NCBI GenBank assembly: GCA_024679065.1
Contig: JAGIQG010000014.1
Span: forward strand, 27,528,001-27,592,000
Reading direction: 5' to 3'
Length of the DNA: 64,000 nt
From: Sphyrna mokarran
Taxonomy: Eukaryota
In this document: one piece after another, positions 50,760 to 64,000 of the stretch
Numbering within the stretch: the first letter of the stretch is position 1
Layout: each line of letters opens with the position of its first letter
Notes under the pieces: model-generated
What the model was told of the DNA's origin: nothing
Databases searched by the model: none
The model's input: the letters and a program-made list of their open reading frames with translations, nothing else
Translations under genes and position numbers: made by a program

Positions 50760-51731
50760 CAGAGTGACAAGAGATGGGTGAGATCCTAAATGAATATTTC
50801 TCATCAGTATTTATTGTAGAGAAAGGCATGGATGTTAGGGAACTTGGAGAAATAAATAGTGACGTCCTGAAGAATGAAGCATACATATTATCAAAAGTAT
50901 TGTACTGGAAGTCTTAAAGCACATCAGGGTTGATAAATTCCTGGGACTTGAAGTCCATCACAGGCTAGGGAGGAAATTGTTGATCTCCAAACAGAGATAT
51001 CTGAATCATTGACAGCCACAGATGAGGTGCCTGAAGATTGGGGAATAGCAAACATTGTGCCTAAGTTTAAGAAGGGCTGAAGGGAAAAGCCTTTGGCCAG
51101 CGAGCTTAACACTGTAGTGGGTAAGTTTTTGGAAGGTATTTTGAAAGACAGGAGTTACAAACATTTAGAGAGGCAAGGACTGATTAAGAACTGTCACCAT
51201 GGCTTTGTTGAGTGGAAAAATTATGTCTCACGAATTTGATTAAGTTTTTTGAAGGGGCAACTAAGAAAGTAGATGAGGACAGTGCAGTTTGACATTGTCT
51301 ACGTTGACTTTAGCAAGGCCTTTGACAAGGTACTGCATGGCAGGTTGTTGCATAAGGTTAAATCTCACAGGATCCAAGATGAGGTAGCCAATTGGACACA
51401 CAATTGCCTTGACGATAGAAAACAGAGGGTGGTTGTAGGGAGTTGTTTTCCAAACTAGATGCCTATGACCAGGGGTGTGTCTCAGGACTCGGTGCTGGAT
51501 CCACTGTTACTTGTGATTTTATATTAATGATTTGGATGAGAATTTACGAGGCACGATTAATAAGCTTGCAAAGGATACCAAGATTTGTGGCATTGTAGAC
51601 AGTGAAGAAGATTATCTAGGGTTGCAATGGGATCTTGATCAATTGGGTCAGTGGGCTGATGAATGGCAGATGAGTTTAGATAAATGTGAGATGATACATT
51701 TTGGTAGATCAAACCAGGGCAGGACTTGCTG
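50760..51731 (+). mobile_element. CR1 ORF2 RT fragment, decayed
   Basis: E.GEILNEYFSSVF, VPEDW.IANIVP.FKKG, DIVYVDFSKAFDKV.HGRLL.KV (ORF 51273..51458), DTKICGIVDSEE. Confidence 0.9.
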
Positions 51732-51809
51732 ACTGTTCCTATTATGTACTGGATTCCATTTTCCTTTAGGTAATCTGTGAATTCCTGTGAATTGACCTAG
51801 GATCTGTTG

Positions 51810-52000
51810 TCATAGCACCAAAGAACCCTACAGTGCAGAAAGAGGCCCTTCAGCCCATCAAGTCTGCACCGACTACAATCCCATCCAGGCCCAACCCCCA
51901 CATCCCTATACATTAACCCACCAATCCCTCTAAACTACACATCCTAGGACAATAAAGGACAATTTTAGCATGGCTAATCAACCTAACCCGCACATCTTTG
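51810..52000 (-). repeat. HE1 SINE 3' half
   Basis: Reverse complement of 29000-29190. Confidence 0.8.
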
Positions 52001-52914
52001 TCACTAGCAAGTTGTTCAGAGTACCCAAATCTTCCAAAAATTTCACCCTGTCTATCATTCTCTTTGAAGATGTCTTCATAACAGTGACTTCAGGCCATTT
52101 TAAGTGCACGTCTACCATGATAAGGAATATATATCACCTTCGAATAGTTCAGATAATTGATGTAGACTGCCAAACCCTTCTGGCCACTCATGTGAAATGA
52201 CTCCAGTGGCAGCAAGTTTCAAACTTTTGCACATGATAAACATGTCATCATCTTTCCCTCAATCTCAGTATTGCGTTTTAGCCATCAGAAAGAACTTTTG
52301 GCTATCTCCTTCATCCTTACTATCCTTCATGAATAACCTTCATGAAATTGGCTTAGGATACATTTCCTAATGGTAGTGAAATGATAACCCTCATTCCCCA
52401 AAGGAAACATCCAGCATGTGCAGATGGTTTGAATCTTCAGCTGAAATATGGCTTCAACTCCAGGTGTATTCCTGCGGTCTTAAGTGGATCATTCTTGGTA
52501 TATTTCTTAACTTGTCCTGCAGTTATAGAAGTGCTACTGACTTTAAATAAAAAAAACTGTGTAAAGGCATTACACATCACTAGGTGACTGGGTTGTATAT
52601 AAATATAAAATAATGTTTTAATGTGCCTGATTTAGTGCAGTTTATAATTCTGTGGAGAAATTGTGCAAGTTTAAAAGTATGACTACAAATGACAAAATCA
52701 TATCACAACATCTTACAGAATGCTATTGACTTTAAAATAAAACATGTTACACTTTAATTATGTGTTGCTGACTTTTAGGTGAAGGTAATTTGGAGAGTCC
52801 AACCCATGGAGATTAGATTGCTGATATTTATTGTGTAAGTGTGAGCTGATGACACTCTTTGCATCCGGCTCGCTAATAGCGATGGAATATCAGAATGCAG
52901 CCCGAATATCGTCA

Positions 52915-55742
52915 CAAGTCTCTTGGTAAAAATGGTAGATCTTGAAAAAGATCTTCTCTACCTGTGCATAATTCCCTTCTATTTTGTTGAAGGATCTTGA
53001 TGTAAATGCTATTGGCTTCTCTTCACCATTGGAAATTATGTGAGAAGCCATTTCTCCCATCCTGTAAGGTGATGCGTTCCAAGCCAGTTGTTAAGTGAAC
53101 TTCAGGTCAAACTGAGTCAGTGCTTCTAACTTTAATAATGTCTTTTGCTAGTGTGAAGGCCTTCTTGCACAGATCCATCTATTTCCATTTCCTGTTTTGA
53201 CGTAATAAGTTGTGTAGAGGCTTGAGAATAGTTGCTAGATTTGGGGCAAACCTTCTATCAAAGCTTAATAAGCCCAAATACCACAGAAATTGATTTATAT
53301 TTAAGGTGATGGTGCCTAAGTTATAGCTTTTATTTTTAAATACAATTTCTGGAGTCTCTTTGCATTTGTGAAGTACCCCAAGTATTCTGTAGAAGATTTG
53401 AAAAATTCACATTTATCCTTCTGTATTCATTATCCAAAATCTTCTAGTCTTTGGAGTGTGGCATCTAAATTTTGAAGGTCCTCTTCTTCAGTCACTAAGA
53501 TTAGTACTGGACTCCATCTAACCTGTTAATCTAATTGAGAATTTAGAACAATGCAGATGTGGATGTGATGCCAAATGGAAGCCTTTTTATATCTGAATAG
53601 TTCCTTATGTAATCATGATGGTCAACTATTGTTATGAATCTGGGTCCACACTTATCTGGAGAGAAGCTTGACCTAAGGTCAACTTTACTGTAATGCTGGC
53701 ATTCAGCAAACAGATCTTCAATTACACGTAGAGGTACTGTTCTGCACACAATACAGGATAAATAGTGATGTAAAATTGCCACATTTGGGTACCAAACCAA
53801 TTTCCTCATCACTGGCACTATCGCTATAGCCCAATCAGTTACATTAGGAGTCCTTGAACTCATTAATGCGACTGGTATTTCCAATTCTGCTTCAATCTTG
53901 GGTCTGATGGTGTATGGCACTGGCCTGGCCCTTAAGATTCTTGCTTGGCTTTTGTTCTTAATCTTTAGTCTGACTGAATAAGAAGTCTCACGCCACCAGT
54001 TAAAGTCCATCAGGTTTATTTATTAGCATGAGTTTTCAGAGTGCTGCTCCTTCATTAGGTGAGTAATGTTTAGCTGCCCTTATAGCATGTTACCAATGGT
54101 CACACTACAACAGATTCAAAATTATCATTGCTTATATTCTACCAATCTCCTTCATGCTTCCCAACTCCCCATTAAAAACAGTGGTATAATTCTTTGAAGT
54201 TTTCAAAAGACTGCTTCAGATCTCAACATGAGGTTTATCTAGGCCCACTTTAACTTGATTCTCTCCATCAAGTTCTCCCCATTGGATAGTTATTTTCAAT
54301 GATATGCAGGGATAAGTCTGCATTTTGCACATTTACACTGACATGCTTCTCAAAGGAATCACTTCTCCAGCATGGGTTTTGAGTATTATCTTTGAGAGTT
54401 TCAAGGTGATGGGTTATAGTTTCTCTTGGTATCCAGTTTCTGGTGCCAATGACACAGTGACTCTGGTGTCCATCTCCATAAAGACGTGTCCCAATAATGG
54501 TTAGTTGCATCAGCAATTGACAGTATGTACAACAATAGTTTATCATCTGACTGTGATTCTGGTCCATTTTCATGCCCTTTTTGTACCATGTAGATACTCT
54601 TTCCTCTATTAGTTTTCCACTTGGATCTTTTGGATCAGGCTTTTTATAATTGTTTGAAATTTGTTTCTACCTCCAACATGCCTGCCCAATATGCCTCTCT
54701 TTACCGCATTTTGCATCTTTACTCTGACAATCTGCTGTTGTGTGCCCATGTTTTGTACATTGGTGGCAATTTTGAACCTGTGTCTATATTTAGGTCTCAG
54801 CTGATACCCTATAGACTTCAATGCCCAAGCTTAATTTTTGGGCTCCCTTAATTGCTAGTTTCATAGAGATTGCAATTTCTAAAATCCTTTGTAGGTCTTA
54901 GTAGCTTTCTGTTAACAGCCTTTTCTAGGTAGCTCCATATTTTAATCCGTCTCAAATGGTGTCATTCAAGACATCTCCAAATTCATGGAATTCAGTTAAT
55001 TTCTTTAAAGTCCTACAAATTTTGTGATTGATTCACCTCCTTGCTGGTTACAGTTTTGGAATCTGAACCTCTTGGAGATAACTAAAGGTTTTGGTGAGAA
55101 GTAGTTGCAGTATTTCCACTATTTTACCATAAGCTTTTGAGCCTGATTTTACCAGTTGTGTCAGACTGAGCAGAAGGTTGAAAGTGCTCAGGAAAGTCAG
55201 GACTACCATATCCACTGAAATTTGGTTCACCTGACAACGTATTCAAATCTTTGTGTATAAGTTTCAGTGCTTGGTGCTTTCATCATACTGTTCCATAGTA
55301 CCAAAACCTCCCACCATTTTTACTATGGGAAGGTTTGAATGAGCACAAATGTGCCATCATGTTTTTTATCACTAGCTCTCATATTTTATTTCAAACAGGT
55401 AACCCTGAGCTTGCCTGTTTCTTCCTCAGATTTCAATTAATTGTTGCAACACTTGCTACCCACAGTAGAGGGAGCACCATTCCAGGCACCGTTCCAGAAT
55501 ATTCCAAGCAGAGCACGTGGCATCACTTTTTTATGCTGATATTTTTTAAATTTTTGTTTATACTCTGATTTTTTTTAAATGTTTATTGATCTTATGTAGC
55601 ACCCCTCTATCATCATCCTTGATATAGCAATGATCTTTCTTTTTTTGAAATATGCAGCATTGGCCAATGATTTTTCTTACTTTAACAGATTTCTGCGGTT
55701 CTTTGAGTGTTTGCAGTGTGGATTCAACTACCTCGTCATCAG
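52915..55742 (-). mobile_element. Decayed Ty3/Gypsy element (gag-PR-RT-RNaseH order), no LTR resolved
   Basis: Minus strand: PBS-like TGATGACGAG (~55740), gag ..KRFRF....Q..GESI, zinc-knuckle remnant (~54700), MDT.V.VSL protease, ARPVPYTIRPKIEAEL, KRLPFGITS.SALF (ORF 53543..54010), RNaseH ..ASPY......GEE.PIAF.SR. Confidence 0.85.
53972..54065 (-). repeat. Penelope pseudo-LTR fragment inserted in Gypsy pol
   Basis: Minus strand ACTCACCTAATGAAGGAGCAGCACTCTGAAAACTCATG...AATAAACCTGATGGACTTTAAC, same family as 49178-49260. Confidence 0.8.
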
Positions 55743-56774
55743 ATCTTTTTGTGGTATTTTGAAAAAGAAACTGCAGATCACAAAGATATAAAAACAAAAG
55801 CTTTTATTGGGGAAGGCTCTTTTAGGTCCTTAGATTAAACTAACTGTAAGCATTGCCCAACTGATGATAACATCAATAAATCGCATAGGACCTTGTTAAG
55901 GCTGATTTGTCCCAACTAGGGATAAACGTGAATATACAACAAAAACATCTCTCTGTTTATGAACGGATGGTGAGAGGGGAAATTACAGCTGTTTAACCGT
56001 TCCGTTCTCCATAACAAGTTCTGTGTTTATTAATAAAGTTATTATCCAACTCCGAGTCAGTACAGACTCAATGAACCAAATGGCCTTTCCTGCATTGTAA
56101 GGTTTCTATGATATAAACCTCTTGACCACTTCATGAGACAACATGCAATCTTACAATATATATTTTCAGAGATGGCGGTGAATGTACAAAATGACTGTTT
56201 TGTAAAGCCGATATGTTAAAAGCCAGCCCACAATAAAGGACTGAAGTGGAAAACCAAAAGATAGGCATATACTTTGGGGGGGAAAAAAGCCTAAAATTGA
56301 ATGGAAATGGTGTTAATTTCTATCATTGTGAGGAATGACCCACACAAAATAATTTAAGTTCTCAGATTCTATTAAGTTTATATTATTATTATTATTAGTG
56401 TCTCAAATCCAACTATTGTCTGAAAATGGACATTTTTAGAATAAGACATGCAGCAATTCTAATAGGGTAAAATTTTTTAAAAACTTACCCTGGACAAATT
56501 GGCTTCCCGTTACCTTATTGTGGTGCAACACCTGATTGTTATCCCCTCTGCCGCTTGAGCATTGGTCTACTCTGACTCCATCTGGCCTGACTTGACCCAG
56601 ACCTCCCATCACCCAATTTGACTAATTCAAAATCCAATAAGATCTGAAATCCAGCAGAACCTGTACACACTTGTGGGAGAAAGTTTAAGAAGACTGAATA
56701 ACACATTCTCGGGGTAATTTTGGATGAGCAATGACTGTTATATTGTGCAACATTTAATGTGGTATGATGATGCT

Positions 56775-57790
56775 ACAACACAACAAAATGTATATAGTGC
56801 CTTAATGTGATAGATGTGGAAAGCAAAATTAGACACCAAACCATATTTAATGATACTGAGACAGATAGCCAAAGCTTGGTCAAAAAGGGGTTAAAAACCT
56901 TGAAGGAGTACCTTAAAGAAAGTGAGGGAGGTATGAAGTCAGATGATTTTAGGGAAGGAATTTAAGACTTAAGCAGCTAAAAGCACGGTGACCAACAGTA
57001 GTGTAAATAAAATCAGGGTGTTCAAGGGGTGAGAATTAGATTTGCACAGATATTTTGGAAGATTGGTGGGGGGGATGGAGAAAATTACAGAGCTAGGGAG
57101 AGTGAGGCCAAGGATGGATTCAAAAACAAAGATGAGAATTTTAAAATCACAGCATTGTTTGACGAGGAGTCAAACACGGTCACCTATCAGGTGATAGGTG
57201 AACAGGAATTAGTGTGAGGAAAGAAACAGCGGAGTTTTGGATGATAGAGGGGTGCTACATAAGCTTACTAAGCGTAAAATGTGAGATGCCAGTTAGAAGT
57301 ACACTGAAATAACCAAGTCCAGCAATAACAAATGCATGACTGGGAATTTCAACAGCAAATGAACTAAGGGCAAGGCAAAATTGGCTGATGATATGGAAAT
57401 GGGAAAAGGCATTCTTAGTGATGGTGGAGATGTGATCAGAAATTCATCTCAGGGTCAAATATGACTTCAAGATTATAAGCAGTCTGGTTTAGTTTCAAAT
57501 AATTGTCAGCGAGTGTTGGGGGAAAGAGTTTGTGTCGGGAGCTGAAGAAAATGCTTCAATCTTCCCAAGTTTCATTGGAGGAAATTTCTGCTGATCCAGT
57601 ACTGGACGTTAGATTTGCAGTCAGGTAATTTAGCAGGAGAAGGAGAGCTGCATGCTGTCAGTGAAAATGTAAAAACTAATGCTGTGCTTTTGGATATTGT
57701 TGCCAAGAATATTAATTCAGAAATAGGAGGGAACCAAGGATAAATCCTTGGGGGTACCAGAGGTAAGAGTTGGGAGTGGAGCCATTGCCT
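56775..57790 (-). mobile_element. L2-clade LINE fragment, decayed
   Basis: Minus strand TSG.PQG..LG.LLF (57720-57765), F.IF.D (degenerate YADD region ~57665), DFKIL..VF.S..GL and a (TTG)n-like tail at ~56775. Confidence 0.65.
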
Positions 57791-60597
57791 ATGATATTAT
57801 GGCCACAATTAGCTAAACAAGAATAGAACCAAAAGAATGGAACATACTCTGAAACAAAAAGGGTACTGGGGTAGGGGGGGACTTGTCACACTGTTCACAC
57901 ACTATATTTTCAGGGGAGTTTGAACTAGGCTTATTTTGAGATTTAGTGAGATGTAATGTTTTAGTTTGTTCTGATCTCACTATCAAAGTGCTGCACATAG
58001 ACCAAAGTGAATCTGTGCTTATTTTATAAGGCTTTTCCTGCTGACAGGAATTATCCTTCTGTTTAATGCTTTATTCAGTAATTCTGAAAGAATTCCATAA
58101 CTTCACATTAAGAATTGAAGGTTACAGAGTGCAGAGGCTCCAACTGAAAACATGGGGTTTCCTTTCCTCAGCAGCAGGCTCATTGACCTCCCTTTCAGGC
58201 AGTGAATGCATGATGATTTTTTTGTGCCAGGCTGACAATGGCATCTCTACTCCTTATGATTTTCCTGCCTTGTTTCAATGAAAAGAGAAACTTGTTCCAG
58301 TGTGCAGTCTGTGCCCTTGTCGCCCCCCTCCCCTTTCTCTCTCAGACACACACACACATACACATAGATGCATTCAGCCTCAGAATATACAGAGGAGCAA
58401 GTGGAGTGGAAAAATGATCTTTGAGACAAATCAGGCACTCAACATTCATCTGAAGACCATTGAGGAAAGGAGCAGGAAGAGGGATTTATGCACAATGGTT
58501 GTGTTTCAGACACTCGTTTTAATGTGCCTGGAACAGCATTTCTGCATTTCAAACCTAAAGCTCCATTTAATTATTATCATCTGATGTACTGTGAGATGCC
58601 ATCTGGTGTAAGCACAAGTGAAAGCGGATTAGAGTCAATATTGGTAACAGCATTATTTTCTAGTGATGTTATTTAAGCATAAAGCTTGGCCAGTAGTGAA
58701 GAACGATAGGCTGCATTTTCTGGTTGCTGAGACTGGCAGCACAAGAGAAGACCAGGTGTTGTGCAACAGAAAGATCAGTCTGAGACTCAAAAAGCTCTAT
58801 CTGCACCATTTTATTGCAAATTCAATATTCTGTCAATGTTTTTAGACAAATCTAAAATAGTATTACTAAAAAGGGAGCATAACTTAATGCAAATAATATA
58901 ATTAAATGAAAGTATGCATGACTTTCTATCCGTTTAGGACAGGATTGCTCTAAACCTTGGCGTCCCTTTGTTTATCTGAATTGTTGGGGGCAAGGGAAAA
59001 CCCAGGAGATTTTCTTTTTAACTGTTTGCTTTTTCCAGTTTTACAATACAGTTTCAATAACAACTTTCATTAATTTGTGTTGATAATTTTATGAAATTTA
59101 ATTTACATTTATTTAAAAAATACTTTGGGATTATTTTCTTATTTCTAACAGTACAATGGACTGGATTGTAAATGATGAATAACTGATCTTGGCTATTTGT
59201 TAGACTTACATTTGCCATAAACCTATGGGCTTTTGCCTGACATATTGTTGCCAGCCAAACATCCAAACAGCATCATGCCTTCTAAACGGCATCTGGAACT
59301 TGTGTGAACAGTATATTTCCTTTACCAATCAGACTGAAGAACCGTGAACAAGCGATGTAGAATCTGCACTAGACAGTATGAATTAGGATGGTGAATTCAA
59401 CATTAAGACATGTATAGAAAGCGAAAAAAGGCAATGAAAAATATTGGATTATGAGAGAGAGAAAAGAATAAAATTACAAGTTTTTTAAAAATTCAAAAAT
59501 TAAAAATGGCTTATATAAAAACATCTCCAATAATAAGCAAAAGCTGATCGAATGAGACTCCACACTTACATAAGTTAATTTTCAGTGCCAGAGAGTTTGT
59601 TTGGCAGTATTTAAGACTTATCATTGCTGTGAAAGAATTCTTACACTGGAATGGACAAGCCTTAACTCGGTGTGGCAAGTTTAGTTTGTATCTATGATTG
59701 TATCTACAAGTACTTCATGCTGTTTAATACATTTGAATGTAGAGCTAGGCTTACAAAGTGACAGTACATCTTGGACAGCAACTTTCAGATATTTGGGTTG
59801 AGCTGCACATGTTCTCATCAGAAATTTCTGTCCAATTTGTGCATAAATAGCAATGAGTGTTGTTAACCTCACTGTTATTATCACAAGATTTAGTCCATAA
59901 TGTTTATGTGGAATCTGAAAACTATTTGCTAATTCACTAAAATGCTGACTGAGGAAGAATTGAAAGCAAAGGGAATCTTTATAATATAAACATTAATTGG
60001 AATTCAGGGAGCAATAAGACAGAGATAAGGTAGCATGACAATTAGTAAGTCCCATCAAAGTAATGATATGAGCTTTTGTGAATTCTGATGGAGTAACTTG
60101 AGAAATTGACAATGCAGTAAATATAACCTCCATTGAAGTATATTCTTTGACCTTGCCCATCTGTATAAGGCCATTAAACTTGTGGCATTGCTGTCAGGCC
60201 CTCAGGGTTAGGCTTTAGGCTCAGAGTGGTCTTTAGGGTCCTCCAACCATGCAGCCTCTGAGGAAATAGACTTCTTTCCTTCTGTCCAACTCCACAAATA
60301 AAGCCAGATCCTTGGATCCTTTCCTCTTTATCTTTATTTGTGCAGCTCCAGTGCCAGCAAAGGCAATCAGCAGCAGCAGTTCTCTTCCATTGAGTACAGC
60401 TCTTCTCTAAGAGGCTGGCTGCGTTCTATGTATTAGCACACACTACTCAGTCCCTTTGAGTGCTCAAGCAACATTGCTTGGAGCAACTCAACTATCAGAT
60501 AAAGAAGAAGGCAGTTGCTTGCTATCTGCCTCAACACTAAGGCACAGGCAAGTTGCAAACCTTAACCCTCATACCTGAAAAGGCAAAAACAAATTTT

Positions 60598-60772
60598 TCA
60601 CTCCTTTCACTTCCTCCTTCACTCCTTTTCACTCCTTCACTCCATTTTTCAAGGGGTGAAAAATTGATCCCTCAATAATCAATAATCCCTTGATTATTGA
60701 GGGATCAATTCCTCAATAATTGATCTTATTGAGGAATAAGATCAATTTCTCTTATTGATCAATTTTCTTATT
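60598..60772. repeat. Short tandem repeats followed by nested inverted repeats
   Basis: (CACTCCTT)-like units 60598-60648; perfect 21-bp IR 60662-60682 / 60690-60710; further overlapping IRs to ~60770. Confidence 0.85.
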
Positions 60773-62449
60773 GCTTATGAAATTAGCAGCTCAAAGTGTC
60801 CACATAGTCTTGATTCTAAAAGCCACCATTTATATACAGGATGGCTTATTGGACAAGAATCCAAAATAACATTGTCTCTTTTAGATAAATATTATGCAGC
60901 AGCAATAGTTTCTTTTGAGAATTCTGATGATGAAAATCAAAGTCATAAAACAGCAATATTTCATTGTCGGTACTAACTTTATATATAATACCTATCTGGT
61001 AATGTGAGTGGGCCTTGTCAGTACATCTGTCTAACAGGTATTGTTGCTTTCCACTCAAGCAAAGGCCCACATTTCTGCAATGAGGTGCCCACAGTTCAGT
61101 GCTATTACACATTCTGTGCAGTTCCAGCCCCTTTTGCCATGAATCTATTGGCAAAGATGTCTTAACAGGTGCAGAATTCAGTGCTAAACAGCATGTTTAA
61201 GAACACTCAGAGACTTGTCTTTGGCCTGGAAGAGTGGATGAGGGCCTTCTGCACACCCTTCCCCTCTTTTTCCATCTGTCAAATAGGAATTAGAAGTAAT
61301 CCTTAATAATTCTGAAGGGAAGGGCATTTTTTCAGTTGTGAAACCGGAGACTTAGCACCACCTGTAACAACACCAGCTCAGAAAACCAGCCAGCTTTCCA
61401 ATCAAGAGCCAGTTTGTACAGTCTAATCCAGGCATTGGCAGCAGTAAAGATATCTGTAAACTCTAGACGCATACAAGTGCTTCCAAAAGTGCTCAATTGA
61501 TATAATCTTATTTAAACATATGGTGCTTGTGTTGGCAAATGCAAAAAAAGCTGAAGAGTGTCATTGCCATAATTTCTGTCAAATTACCAAAAATTACAAT
61601 ATTCTTGTTCTCCCCTCAGTGATTTCTCTAATTCAATGCCTCAGAGTAATGTGATTGTTTTGTAGTGGGTTTGGAGGTCTGGATGGGATTTCTATAGCGT
61701 TTGCCTATTACCCTAAGAATGTTTCCTTAGATTGTTATTCATAAAATCCATCCTTACAGATCTATATTCATCTCAGTACTGTGCATAAGGTTGTCGTTCA
61801 GCTTCCCCCAGATCTCAGTCTTTCAGTCAGGGGACATTGCATAACAGTTGTAAAGTAGTTATGTCATTATCAAGTGCTCTTGATAACTCTTTACTCCTCA
61901 TTTCTCCCCAAGTTTATATTCCAACTGTATACGTACTCCAATATCTCCCCTCAAAGCCTCAGATATCATTTCCTCTGTGATGTCTTGGCTAATCTCCCCC
62001 ATCTGGTCCTGATTTCATTTTGAGGTTGACAAAAGAAATCTATACACTCTTGTCATCAGTAAGAATCTCTTCCATCTGAGTTCTTGTAGAGCTTCTACTT
62101 ATTTCTAGTTCCTTGTCTCTATCCTTTTCTAAATAATATGGCCAAGGTTCCATTGGTTTCTATAATAATTCAACTGACCATTACTTTTCCATTGCAGCCA
62201 ACGACCTAAGCAACTAGACTCACCATAAAATTGCACAATTTAAATTAATTCACAGCTAACAGCTTCTACAAGCAAAAAGCTTCATAGAACTCAGACATGC
62301 CAAAGTTTTTCTACAGATTAAAAGCTATCAGGGACCAGCCCAGCCCTGTCTTGTATATTGAACAGAGGTGCTTGATATTAGTAATGAAAATGTTGTTATG
62401 ACCCAAAACTCATCAAGAGGTACTCAGCCAGAAAGTAGAAAAAGACACT

Positions 62450-63054
62450 GGGGTAATCTTACCATTTGTTACGCCTGTCGATCTTCATAGGGAACCGGTA
62501 AGATCGTGAGAGAGGCAAAAATGTAGGTTCACTCCCAATTTCTCGCCTCTCGCAATCTTACTGGCCCTGGATTGCCAGCTCATCAACCTCACACGCAGGA
62601 AGTGCGCAAAACTGATTTTAAATATTAATTTCAGTATCATTAGTGAACCCAGGGTGCAATCATCCATGCTCACTTGCCTTAGCGGGCTCACTGGTGGAGG
62701 TCCTCACTGGCAAGGATCACGTATGGTCCACAGCAATGGAATGAGGGAGTGGTGGGGAGGGGTGTGTGGTGCGATATTGGAGGGCAGGGGAGTGACAGAT
62801 CTCTGTGTGTACACTTTATACAGAACACTGAGAGATCTGCACATGAACAATAGCACACTCTAATTGGCAGCAGCCCACTTTCTGGCGAACATGGACTCCG
62901 TCCACTCTTCCTTATTGACATGAATCATACTTTGCCATTTTTTTGCATTCAGTGGCATAAAATCATGCCTGAAAGCTGGCTGAAAGAATGAGCACAATTC
63001 ACCTCTGTTTTCACACTCGTTCAACACTTCAATTTTTTTTGGTAAGATCATGCC
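62450..63054. mobile_element. Putative Harbinger-type non-autonomous element
   Basis: TIRs GGGGTAATCTTACC / GGTAAGATCATGCC, with internal GGTAAGATC / ATCTTAC subterminal motifs. Confidence 0.55.
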
Positions 63055-63172
63055 TCTTATGTTTATATATTCAGCCAGGGTCTCTCGAACTATATCTTAA
63101 AAGCAGATAGGTGCACCCAAGGAACCTAAGAAACGGACACCTAGGATGACATGGACTAACCTTATTGGGTGC

Positions 63173-63558
63173 TGTGACTCTCGCCCTGTGCTTCCTTTGG
63201 CTGAAAAATGGAGATCAATGCAGAAGGATTTAGAGAGGGGGATAAAATCTGGAGACTGCCCCAGTGCAGGCTAGACAGCCCTGTTGTGACCTGTGACCTG
63301 GAAGAGAACATGTGAAATCCACCTTTTGCACCAAAAAGACCTTGAGTTAACCCATCGTCACAAGCTCAATTGAATCCAAGAGCCTGGTCAAGTTCACAAA
63401 GGGACATTAGATGTGTTTTTCAAACAGTAAGCCCTAGTTTGGGGAAAAGTTTATTTTGTAAGAATTATTTTTTTAATTTGCAAGTGTTTTAATAAAACTA
63501 GGTTTGAACCACCGTCCCTTGTTTGTCAGAGGTCCATAGAAAATGGTTCTAGGTCACA
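63173..63558 (+). mobile_element. Probable solo LTR (386 bp)
   Basis: TGTGAC...GTCACA termini, AATAAA at ~63491, flanks GTGC / GTAC (4-bp TSD with one mismatch). Confidence 0.6.
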
Positions 63559-64000
63559 GTACCGGCTTAAATGCATTTTTGAATAATAAAAAGATTGAAG
63601 TGTCTGTATAGAATATTTCACAGGCAACATCATCACCATGCACCCATTATTGTGTATTAAGAAAGAGACTGCCCTTGGGGATCATAGCTAAGAGGTGTTA
63701 AACCTTAGGACAATAAGTTTAAAAGCCCCACCAAATGCTTCCTATTGGGCAAACCCTTGCCTTCTCAGGAAGGGAGCTTGTAATCCACAAAACCCACGGG
63801 GAGATCTATCAGTAGTTTCCTCCACGGCCATGTTCATTACAACATCCCTCCCTATTGAAGTCTGAGTCTCACCTAGCATCCTCATTGTGATCAAATCCTT
63901 TGCAATGTTTAGCGATAATTGGGGGTTCTGTCAAAAGCAGTGTGGGTCAGGTAGTGTAAATCTGATAGGGGACTTTCATATCTGGAGGGACCGTCGAAAG

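Noticed and set aside
59400-59900. Probable old dispersed repeat (also 23850-24750, 56460-56720)
   Set aside because: Looks repeat-like, but I could not define termini or family from sequence alone.

Overview
A repeat-dense, non-coding vertebrate window. The repeat set (HE1-type tRNA-derived V-SINEs sharing 3' ends with CR1/HER1-type LINEs, a Deu-domain SINE, Penelope, Rex1/Babar, RTE, L2, Harbinger and Gmr1-like Gypsy elements) points to a cartilaginous fish (shark) intron or intergenic region; this taxonomic call is an inference. I recognise no host protein-coding exon, rRNA, true tRNA gene or CRISPR array, and every long ORF in the track is transposon-derived. The main blocks are two young 5'-truncated CR1 LINEs (0.9-4.2 kb, 33.5-36.5 kb), older CR1 copies, three decayed Gypsy elements, an RTE split by a CR1, a Harbinger Myb/SANT remnant and two Penelope GIY-YIG fragments. 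The most interesting objects are two ~230-bp palindromic insertions (26.25-26.48 kb, 38.18-38.41 kb). Each has a perfect 13-14 bp target-site duplication, a Penelope-type 3' tail and a minimal hammerhead-ribozyme core. Boundaries were read by eye and are approximate unless exact junctions are quoted.
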